DNA of 63,723 bases, counting the filler, from Aduncisulcus paluster (lineage: Eukaryota): NCBI GenBank assembly GCA_024181965.1. It is 12 parts of 12 records of this genome, joined end to end, with 100 filler letters (N's around TTAATTAATTAA, not from the genome) between each part and the next. Parts side by side here need not be neighbours in the genome. Positions count along the whole stretch, not along the records: positions 26,293 to 43,253 come from BQXS01010119.1; positions 43,354 to 53,832 come from BQXS01010120.1; 10 more parts are not named here. One strand, 5' to 3'. A program made the position numbers and the translations under genes. Below, in pieces: positions 36,880 to 46,849 of the stretch. Numbering within the stretch: position 1 is the stretch's first letter; each line of letters begins with the position of its first letter. A model generated the notes under the pieces. The model had not been told where the DNA came from. It worked only from the letters and a program-made list of their open reading frames with translations, and searched no databases.

Positions 36880-39034
36880 ATGATTTCCACGTTACAGAAA
36901 ATGCTTGGGCGTAGCCATATTTGCCTCCATATTAAAATGAAAAGATCACAAACTTTCGAAATTGAAAAATTGAAGGTTAAAATTAGGAAGTTAGAGGGAA
37001 AATTAACCGTCACAGCACAGAGAAATGGTTTGTCCAAGGCCACCATAACAATCGCGAAACAAAGGAAAGATCTTCAAGAAAAAGATGATATAATTAGCGA
37101 ATTAAGGTCAAAGAATGCCACATTACAGCATGATATTGATATTTTAGCCCGTGTTCTTCCAAAAGTTGACGAATTGGATGGTTGCAAGGAAGATGATACA
37201 AAAGATGATGAAGGAATGACTCCACTTGATAGAGCAAAAGAAACTATCTTGTTTAAATTGGAAGATGCTCAAGTACGAGCTGATGCCCTTCAGGTACAAA
37301 GAGATCAACTTTCCAGAGAGCAAGGCTTGATCAAGAAAACTCTAAAGCAAACTAGAGATGAACTTGAAGAAGTCAGAGGACAATACACTGAACTTTTGGC
37401 CGAACATGAAGAACTTAAACTTGATTTAGAGGGATATTGTGACCATGCTGATGAATTGGAATCTCGGCTTGAATCGAGCTTAAAAGAGAGTGAAATGGCA
37501 CTTGAACGTGCTGAAAAGGCTGAGGATGAGTTGGATCAACTTCAACAAGAAACCGAATCTCTTAGAACACAATGTTCAACTATGTCCAGCAAACTGTCTG
37601 CTTTTGAGGGTGTGGATGAGCGCATATCCGAATTAGAAGAGGAAAGAATTGTTGAAATTCGTACCTTTGATGGCGAAAGGGCTTCGATGATGGAAAAAAT
37701 ATCAAAATATGAATCAGAACTTAAGGATCTTAAAATAGAGAAATCTAAGACAAATAGCCAATTAGACGAAATTCAACGTATTAGTGATGAACAAGGTGAT
37801 GAGCTTTTGGAGATGAAAAAATCAATTGATAGGCTCGAGGATGAAAAGAGGGAAACAGAGCGTTTGTTGAGCCAAGAACGGGAAGAATCCAGTGAACTCC
37901 GTAAATCTCTTGAAGAAGGTAATCATTCTATCTCTTCCCTTCGTCGCAATTTGCGTGAAAGTCAAGATAAACTCCAACAAACTCAATCTCAGCTTTCGTT
38001 GGCCCAACAACAAATAGAACATTCAAAACTCGAGATATCTTCCTCATCAAATGCCCGTAAGAAGCTTCAAGATACTCTTCTTCGTCAGATGAAAATGATG
38101 CGAAGTGAACTTCGTCAAAGTCAAATTTCTGGAGCTTCTCTTATTTCTGGTGTTGGATCTGCATCCCCTTCACTTGCATTTGCATCAAGAGGATCATCTT
38201 CAATCTCTAATGGTGCTCAATCGGTTCCTTCATACTCTCAGTTTGGTCTGGATTCTGTTCAGCTCCCACGTTCTACTGAGACCTCTACCATTGTCCTAGA
38301 CCAAGGTCATGGTGCTGAAAAGTATGGTAGCAAAGCTCAGAGTCGTCAAAGTACCGGTGAGAGCAGCAGACAGAGTGTGAAACATGATCGCGCCTCTGTC
38401 AGTTCTCAATCGACCGATTTGGCCACTTCCAAGCCAAAGGGCAGTATTATCGACCGTAAAAGTCTTTCAGAGAGGGCAAAGAGACGCAAGGAAAGTGAGA
38501 AGAAGTTGCAAGAATGGAGAGAAAGGAAGAAGATCCGTGAGAGGGAAAGAAGTGCCAAAGAGAAACAAAGAGATGAAAAGGAGAAAGAAAAAGAAGAATC
38601 TAGAATTCAATCGATGGAATCTTCTCTTGAAATCGGGAAAGAACTTCAGGGGAGTCTCGGGAAAGATATTTTCTTTGTCAAACCTGGATTCTTATCTCCT
38701 GAACNNNNNNNNNNNNNNNNNNNNCCGTAAAAGTCTTTCAGAGAGGGCAAAGAGACGCAAGGAAAGTGAGAAGAAGTTGCAAGAATGGAGAGAAAGGAAG
38801 AAGATCCGTGAGAGGGAAAGAAGTGCCAAAGAGAAACAAAGAGATGAAAAGGAGAAAGAAAAAGAAGAATCTAGAATTCAATCGATGGAATCTTCTCTTG
38901 AAATCGGGAAAGAACTTCAGGGGAGTCTCGGGAAAGATATTTTCTTTGTCAAACCTGGATTCTTATCTCCTGAACTTCCTGAAAGGGCCGATAGCGTTAC
39001 ATTATTTGATGTGGCCTATGACGGATCGGATTAA
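36880..39034 (+). CDS. Long coiled-coil protein, possibly cytoskeletal or basal-body associated
   Basis: Heptad-rich ORF. Its C-terminus is completed after the duplicated flank of gap 38705-38724. Confidence 0.75.
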
Positions 39035-39268
39035 TTTACTTTGAGATTCTAATTTTGAATTTTCGATATTGTGTTTGATGTTTTTTACCTTTTTTTTTTT
39101 TGTTATCATCCGTGAATACATTCATGTGATGAATCATCATATTGTACCTTTTTATTTTGTCAAAATTATAATAATAAATAAATTCTTTGTTGGATATTTC
39201 CAGATTATTGGCTTTTTTAGATAATTAGCGAGACTCCAAATTGTCATCTATTTTGTCACATATCACTA

Positions 39269-39806
39269 ATGTCCACGAGAATTCCTTCAACATTATCGGG
39301 GATATTAGAGCAAACAGTTTGGAAATCTGCAATTATTTTTGAATCTTCTGGGAATATTGTCGGGTGGAATGAACATGTTAGAAATAACCATGGTCAAGAG
39401 TTTTTAGCAAAGTCTGAACTTAGAGAAGAGTTAGCGTATGTAATATTGAATTGTTTTTGGTAGTTTAATTTATTTTTTAAAAACATTCCATATCTTACAT
39501 TGTGGATTATTTGACTTCATACTGACGAATCAAAGCCATAATGCTCTTCATTTATTTGAAAGTTTTGATAGTGCATCCTTTCACGGAATTAAATATTTGA
39601 AAACAAAATATGAGGCCCATCAATGGGACACGGATTTGTGTTGGGGAAGAGAAGGTGATGCTTTTGAAGGTGAAGGTATCGCTGTTATGAAGATTTATGG
39701 TGATTTTTTTATTTTGATTACATATGTTTATCCTGTTGTTTCAACACTTGCTCTCGAAAAACTGAATGCTCTTGTAAAAGAATTAAGGACATCCAAATTG
39801 TTATAG
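39269..39806 (+). CDS. Divergent profilin-like protein; exons 39269-39435 and 39536-39806
   Basis: Splicing joins two short ORFs into ~145 aa containing AIIFESSGNIV, GIKYLKTKYE, GEGIAVMK, ILITY and a C-terminal helix. Confidence 0.6.
39436..39535 (+). other. Spliceosomal intron, 100 nt, phase 2
   Basis: GTATGT donor and TACTGAC branch point just upstream of an AAAG acceptor; splicing restores the frame. Confidence 0.8.
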
Positions 39807-39978
39807 TGAATTTGAGAAGGTTTCTTTTTGGCTTTTATTAATAAATTCGTGTTTTTTTTCATGATATATTTCCTGTTTTGTTCTTTTGAATATTAATATC
39901 CGTAATAATGGTGTAACAAGACCATTCCTGTTGATAGTATAGATTTCTGTTGTTTCAAAGCGAGTTATTCATTTAGAT

Positions 39979-41832
39979 TTAATAGATAACATGAGGGCTT
40001 CCACCCTTTTTCGTCTGAGACTTCCTTTTCCGACCAATAATTACGACTGTTTCATCGTTTTTCGAATCAGGATTACTTTTCTCAGACGACATTGGTTTTG
40101 CTTGCCCGATCTTTTTCAAACGCTGCATTTTTTTCCTAGTTTCCAGCCGTTCTTTTCTCTTCTTTCTAAAAGTAATCTTAATATCTGTATATTTTGTGGT
40201 TCTTTCATTTCCTAATCTTGACCTTTGCGGTGTTAATATTGACCCGTATGCTGAGAAATACCTTTCCACTTCAGCACCAGACAGGGGAACAGTTAGCAAG
40301 GGTTTGACGAATTTGTATGCTCCACCTTTTTTCTTCCAGTACTCATCATACCGTTTCCTCTTGACATCATTATTTAACGTTGACAAGTCCAATGCGGTGT
40401 CATCAATAAATTCTTGCAGACATCTTCGAAGGGCAATCGCAACAACATCTTCAGAATCTATGTCATCAAGCATCCATCCATGGTGATATTTCCTCAAGAT
40501 GGCTAGAAGCTCCTCCTGAGATTTTTTCTCGTCTCGTGGTAGGTCAGGAAGAAAAGCTTTCACATCTTCGTACACCTCCAGGGCTATTCTGATTTTTTGT
40601 TTTCTTGATTCATACTGTTTAGGTTTTTCATCATCTATTAACCTATCGATGAGAGTCAGAATATCATTTATCTCACCCACGGTCTTTTTTACATCAGTTC
40701 CTTGAATTGAACGTATAGCATCAGACAGAGGGACAAGAACCTTTGTAAATTTTGTCAAAACATTGTTGTGGTTATCCGAAAACATCTGTTCTATGTTTTT
40801 TTGTGCAACTGGAGTATCTTTGGAAAAATTGACACAAAATGCTTCATAATACAACCAATTGAGTTGTATATCAAGAATACAATCGACATTTTCTACCCAT
40901 CGAGTGAGACATTTTGTTACCGATTTAATGCGGTAAGAGGACAAAAGTTGCTTTCGATGCTTCTGATAGTAGGATATAGTGGTGATTAATTCAGGAATGA
41001 ATTCATATCTTTTGGTTTTAAAAAAATCCCCAATTAATAAATCTAATTGGTGTGCCAAACACCAAATATTTTTCATCATTGTACATTTTTTGTCATCGCA
41101 TAACCTCTTGGCAACATTCTGCATGAGAGCTTCACCATCTGTGACGATAAAAGTTGGTTCAATCTTCAGGTCTGAGAAGATCTTTATCAATTGGTTTGCC
41201 ATTTCTTTTCCTCTTGTAGTTTTCTCCTTTTCCTCTTCCTTTTTCTTTTTCTTTCTCTTATCTTCGCTGGTTGCCTCGGAATATTGAGTAAGCAATTTCT
41301 CCAACTCTGGCTGAGTATTATTCCACACAAGAAGTCTCAATGTCAAGTCCTGTTCTTTTGCAATTTTTTTATAAATTTCTAGCTTTCCAGGCTTCTCTTT
41401 CTCAATAGATCTGAGCCTTCTTTCAAATAAACTATATACCTTGGAGTGGTTTCTTCGGGCTTCTTCATATCGGATTAAATTGGCATCATAAACCTTTCTT
41501 TGTTTGGCACTTAATTTAATAATCTCATCAGGAGCCGGTTTTTTAAGAGAGGTAAAATCAACATTGGGTATCTCTTTGAAGATCTCTCCAATTTTTGTTG
41601 ATTCCTGCCGCGAATTCACAGCAATGATGGCCAGTACTTCATTTCTGTACTTACTGCCTTTGTCAATTATAATGCTACATGGCTCATCAACCCATGTTTT
41701 CCCAATTCCTTCTCGCATATTTCGGGCTATAAAATCCGCCTTGACAACAATTGTGGAGTGTGGTACATCTGGTCCCACACCATATTGGAACATTAAAGTT
41801 CTGAATTTTTTGGTGAGTATATTGCTGATCAT
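39979..41832 (-). mobile_element. hAT-superfamily DDE transposase, 617 aa
   Basis: Motifs IIIDKG, IVTDGEALM, WCLAHQLDL (CxxH), TRW and PLSGAEVERYFS...RSRL (hATC region). Confidence 0.85.
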
Positions 41833-42327
41833 ATGAGGGCAAAGGCCTAGCCCAAAAGATATTTGATAATTTGTAACTCAGTATGAGATGAGATATGCTC
41901 TTTCAATTTCTGCTTCGTTGGTAATTTTTCTTTAGCTTCACCGGTAAGATTAGGCCAAATACCTTCACATGCTTCACTTTGCCCAAGTCTTTGCTTGGAC
42001 ATATTCCGTAATGCATCCAAAATTCTGATTGTTTTTTTTCAAATTTATATTTCAAAACATGATGTTTTAGGCCTCTCAAAAAAGTAATTTTTACCACCAA
42101 AAGCCAATTTATTCTCCAAAATTACCACTTAAATGGTTATGTGTAATTCTTACAAGCCTGGGAAGAAAAGAATGGAAATTTTTTAAAAATTACACATATT
42201 TATTCATTCATTCGATAGATTGTCTTAAGTAGCATAAAATACAAGGTTTTGCACTCCAATTTCATGTGAGATGTGGTGTTTTTAAATATAATAATTTTTT
42301 TCTTGGCAAACTAAATCCGGGTCAAAC

Positions 42328-43253
42328 TTATTCAAGCCAAGATTGAATTGTTTCAGGTGGAGCAGGCATCCCAGTGGTATCCAATTTCCTCTGGTGAATA
42401 AAAGCAAAGACCTGATGTAAATAAAATCCAAATGTCGTGATGAGTTGATCCAATTCTTTAATTCTATCTTCCTTCTTGGATAATTTCCTCTTAAATATCA
42501 GTTTTTCTTTCTGCATATTCAATATCTCACGATCAGAGGCCTCGATTGAGGTGCCATCGAGAGTTCTCTCAAACTCTTTCTTCAACTTATGTTCAAGCTC
42601 TGCAACCTTTTTTTCCAACTCAAAGGACTTGGCACGTTCACGCTTTAACTCAGACATGGCAAACTTAGAAGGTTTCATGGAAGCAGAGGGAGAGAGAGAG
42701 GAAGACAAGGAACCAGAATAATCAAAACCTTGGCCCCGAGTCTTATCGCCAGAGTCTACTCCTTCCTTACTGTGTGCAACCTTCAGAGCAATCAACTCTT
42801 CCTCAGTTTGCTTGAGTTTTGAACGAAGAACCTGCATTTCGGCCAAACTTTCCCTCAATTGTGCATGAGAATCGTGTTTCTCCTCCTCAGACTTGAGAAC
42901 ATGCTTCACCTCGGACATATTGGCCACAGAAAGGGCATCCAACTTCTTAATAATGTCAGATTGTTGTCCATCGACTGTAGCACGTAGAGTAGCGACCTGT
43001 TCAAGAAGAACTTTGTTCTCTGCAACAACGTGGTTAAGATTGACGATCACAGACTCCAATTTGGCTTGATATTTTTGACGAAGACTTTCAACGATTGAAG
43101 CAGAAGCAGAGGAAGAGGAGTAAATTCCTGAGGAAGAGGAAGAGGAGGACGAGGACCCATAGACAGAACTGACGGTCAACATTTTCTGTTGCTCTTCTGT
43201 CTGCTTATCAATGATACGTTGAAGCTTGGTGTTCAGCTCCTCAAGACTCTTAT
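42328..43253 (-). CDS. Coiled-coil protein, 5'-truncated
   Basis: Ser-rich and heptad-rich ORF that extends toward the spacer. Confidence 0.7.
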
Positions 43254-43517
43254 NNNNNNNNNNNNNNNNNNNNNNNNNNNNNNNNNNNNNNNNNNNNTTA
43301 ATTAATTAANNNNNNNNNNNNNNNNNNNNNNNNNNNNNNNNNNNNNNNNNNNNCCTAAAATTATCCTACAGCATGCTATATTAAATATTTTCTTCCAAAA
43401 GTTTACTTTTTTACTTTTAATGGACAAGTAATTTGACTAATTATTCCTATAATTCATGCAAAATCGTCTAATATCACTAGATACAGTGAATCTACCCGTT
43501 GATGACTGGACTAAAAC

Positions 43518-43662
43518 AATTGGCTGCCTAATTGGCTGCATTTTTCAATTTTTCGGCTGCCAAGTGGCTGCATTTTACAATTTCAAGTGACCGCCAGATG
43601 TACACCCCTGACCCAAAAATCTCGGTGAGTCATTTGGCTCAAACCAAAGTAATTGGTTGCAT
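43518..43662. repeat. Cluster of short GGCTGC/ATTGG repeats with a hAT-TIR-like TACACCCCTG
   Basis: GGCTGC occurs 4 times in 43522-43571, TACACCCCTG is at 43601-43610, and AATTGGTTGCAT is at 43651-43662. Confidence 0.5.
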
Positions 43663-43671
43663 TGTATTGCG

Positions 43672-45009
43672 ATGAATTTTATCGGGAAACCGCTTAAAAT
43701 ATCATCTGATACCGTTTCAAGTCTTCATGATTCTAGAAGGAAAGAATACTATGAACGGGGCATTTCTTCTCTTAAAAAACAAGAATTGGGAGTTTTGATG
43801 CTGGCAGGCGGATTAGCTACCCGATTGGGTGTTTTTGGCCCAAAAGGAAACGTGAAATTGGGCTTAAAGTTAGAAATGTCTCTGTTTGAGTTATTTGCGT
43901 CCAAAATAATAGCTTTACAAGCATATATTAAATCTTTATTTGATAAAACAAAAAAAATCTCACCTAATATTACAATTCCATGGATTATTTTAACTTCTAC
44001 AGAAACACATGACACTATCATCGCCCATTTCGATGAATTCGAATATTTCGGTCTTGAAAAAGAACAAATATTTTTTATTACACAGCAAAATGAAATTTGT
44101 CGGGATCTCTCTGGAAAAATACTATATCAAGAGCCTTCAATCCCTCGAGTATCTCCCAATGGTAATGGTGGAGTATTTTGTGCCATGCGTGATTTTAAAG
44201 TATTCGAAAAATTATCGGATCGTGGCTATTCCAACCTTAAATATATTCAATTTGTTCCAGTTGATAATCTTCTCTCTTTGCCGTGTTATATCGAAGCTCT
44301 TGGAATGGCAAGAATTAATTCATCATATTTTATTAATATTTGCACAAAACGTTCAGATCCAAAAGAATCTGTTGGTTATTGTGCTCTAAAGAAGTTGTCT
44401 ACTTCTTCCGACGCAATGCATGTCAAAAAGGCCCTCTCATATGGCGGATCAACGATTTCTCCCTGCATAATCGAATATATACATGTGTCTGAACGGCTTA
44501 AAACCATGAAAAGTGTTATTGATTTTCCATGGGCAAACTTATGTCTTCATTTGGTATCCGTAGACTTTCTCAAAAGTATATTTTCAATATCTCATCGTCT
44601 CTGTGCTCGCTCTCCAAGCCATGATTTCCTCCACGGTGGTTCCATCCTCCATTTCCACACCTCTACCAAAATTATTCCTTTCTTCGATACAGTTCAACAA
44701 AGATACGTTACCCCAACATCTCCCAATGGGACCAAGAGTGAGATGTTCTTGTTTGATATTTTACAAGTCATTGATACTGATAAATATGGCATTTTGGAGG
44801 TGAGTCGTGAAGATTCTTTTGCTCCGGTGAAAGTCCGTGATAATATCGAGAATTCATTGACCATGCTTGATAAATTCCATCATAAATTAGCAGATCAATC
44901 TGGAATTAAACTCGAAAAGGGACAACAATTTAATCCTTGCAGCGTTTATGATTTGGATGACCTTCTGCGACAAAAAGAAACCTCACGTCGATTTGAAATA
45001 ATCGAATAA
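43672..45009 (+). CDS. UAP1: UDP-N-acetylglucosamine pyrophosphorylase
   Basis: Motifs LAGGLATRLG...PKG, IPWIILTS, YFGL, SPNGNGG, VDN, KSEMFLFD and FAPVK. Confidence 0.9.
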   Translation: MNFIGKPLKISSDTVSSLHDSRRKEYYERGISSLKKQELGVLMLAGGLATRLGVFGPKGNVKLGLKLEMSLFELFASKIIALQAYIKSLFDKTKKISPNITIPWIILTSTETHDTIIAHFDEFEYFGLEKEQIFFITQQNEICRDLSGKILYQEPSIPRVSPNGNGGVFCAMRDFKVFEKLSDRGYSNLKYIQFVPVDNLLSLPCYIEALGMARINSSYFINICTKRSDPKESVGYCALKKLSTSSDAMHVKKALSYGGSTISPCIIEYIHVSERLKTMKSVIDFPWANLCLHLVSVDFLKSIFSISHRLCARSPSHDFLHGGSILHFHTSTKIIPFFDTVQQRYVTPTSPNGTKSEMFLFDILQVIDTDKYGILEVSREDSFAPVKVRDNIENSLTMLDKFHHKLADQSGIKLEKGQQFNPCSVYDLDDLLRQKETSRRFEIIE

Positions 45010-45223
45010 GTTCGCTTAATAGTCTACTTTATTAATACATAATTCATGTTAATATATATTGTTTATAGATGAATAAAATAAAGATCTATCTATTGAATAG
45101 ATTCCGGTTCTAATTTATTTTATTCGCATTTTTTTTTTGTGAAAATATAACATCCGCGTCTCTGGAATGTTTTATTAATTGATATTAGTTTGATGAATAA
45201 ATGATTAAATGTTTAAAACCTTC

Positions 45224-45580
45224 TTACTCGCCTTCGCCTTTCTTTCGAAAACGCTTTCTCTTCTTTGCCAGCATTTGTCCTTCTACAATACCAGATGAAC
45301 TGCGTCCAATCCCCGTAGCACCTACTCTAAGGAACAATGGGGAGGAAGCAAGCACATCGGGAACTGAAATGAAACGAATCATACTTCCTCTTATAAAAAT
45401 ATATTGCATTTGGTATACTCTCCCATCTTTATCCCTAGCTGTTATTTTTGTAAGTCTACAATTCATATTATCCTCTATCTCTTCAAGATGACCAACATAA
45501 AACTCTCCAGTTACTAATTCGACATCAACACGTTTTCCCACTGCTTCATTAAGGAGTCTAATAGGCTTTGAGTCACTCAT
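45224..45580 (-). CDS. SmD3: Small nuclear ribonucleoprotein Sm D3
   Basis: PIRLLNEA.G..V.VEL.TGE.Y.G.L.E.EDNMNC and IFIRGSMIRFISVPD.L..SPLF. Confidence 0.9.
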   Translation of the reverse strand: MSDSKPIRLLNEAVGKRVDVELVTGEFYVGHLEEIEDNMNCRLTKITARDKDGRVYQMQYIFIRGSMIRFISVPDVLASSPLFLRVGATGIGRSSSGIVEGQMLAKKRKRFRKKGEGE

Positions 45581-45951
45581 GATATCAAAAACTTAAAATA
45601 AAATAACAAAAATAGAAGGACAGAACGCAAAAAAAGGCTTTCAATTGTAGATGATGCCACGCTTTGTTATATTCACCTTAAATGATAGTTTTAGTTTAAA
45701 ATTAATCTACTTCTCATGATATCTATTTATGTAGGTCCTTCTTTCTGCTATTTTAGCTGCTACTTCCTTCTTGTTGTATAGCTGAATTGAAATGAATTTA
45801 TCATAAATAAAATTAAAATATCTTATTAAATACTTCTTATAACTCCAATTACAACAATTAAATGCCATTTATTATCTTAGAAAGAGGGATACATTTTTTG
45901 GCATTTCTTTGTTTGGGTTTGGGAGATATTTTAGTTTCTTAGTACAGTAAT

Positions 45952-46565
45952 ATGACTAATACATTCAACGACTGGCTCGAATCTATGCCTGGTCCACTCT
46001 ATTCACAGATTGGTATTGCTCTTGCTATTGTTCCTGCTATATTTGGAGCTGCTTGGGGAATTGCTCTATCTGGAGTATCTATGGTTGGTGGAGCCAATAG
46101 AAAACCCGATCTTACTTCAAAAAATATGTTAAGCATTCTTTTTTGTGAAGCAACTGCCATTATAGCATTAATTATGTCAATTACACTTAGATACACTGTA
46201 TGTTTTTTTTTTTTTTTTTTTTTTTTATTTTATTACAAATCCTTTTTGATTCCCTATTTGGATATTTGGATTTTATTGATTTCTTACCTCCTGTTGTATG
46301 TTTTCCTTGCATATAGACAAAAGATGCAGACGCATTTTCTACGAATGAAGATTTTCTTATATCTTCATTTCAAGCTTTATTCGCCGGATTAGCGGTTGGG
46401 TTTTCATCCATGTTCTCTGGAATATCTGTTGGTTTAATGGGTGGTGGAATCGCTCTTGCCACAATATCTAATGTGAAGATTTTCTCTGCACTATTTATCT
46501 GTGAGGTTTTTGCGTCAGCTATTTGCCTCATTGCTCTTATTTCTGGAATTGTTGTCATCACATAA
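45952..46565 (+). CDS. VMA16: V-ATPase proteolipid subunit c'' (VMA16/ATP6V0B); exons 45952-46197 and 46317-46565
   Basis: GAAWGI, SKNMLSILFCEATAI, FAGLAVG and ICEVFASAI; splicing gives a 164-aa protein. Confidence 0.85.
46198..46316 (+). other. Spliceosomal intron, 119 nt, phase 0
   Basis: GTATGT followed by a poly-T tract and an ATATAG acceptor; removing it restores the proteolipid. Confidence 0.85.
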
Positions 46566-46849
46566 TCTAGGAGATCTGCTGAAAAAAGATCAAACCCAGT
46601 GATCATCTAGACATTAATTAATCAAAAAAATAACACACTGATAATAAATAATATAATGGATTTACAATAAACAAGGCTGTGGCCCCGTTTTCCCCATTCT
46701 CTCTTGTATTGTACAATAAATTATCAACAAATCTATTTGATCGGAAAATCGTTGAGGATCCGCTGCGTATTATAGATAAATATGATCATATCTTCAAGAT
46801 AATTGAAGAAGAAATTCAATGGGGCGATTTGGTCATATTTTAAAATAGT

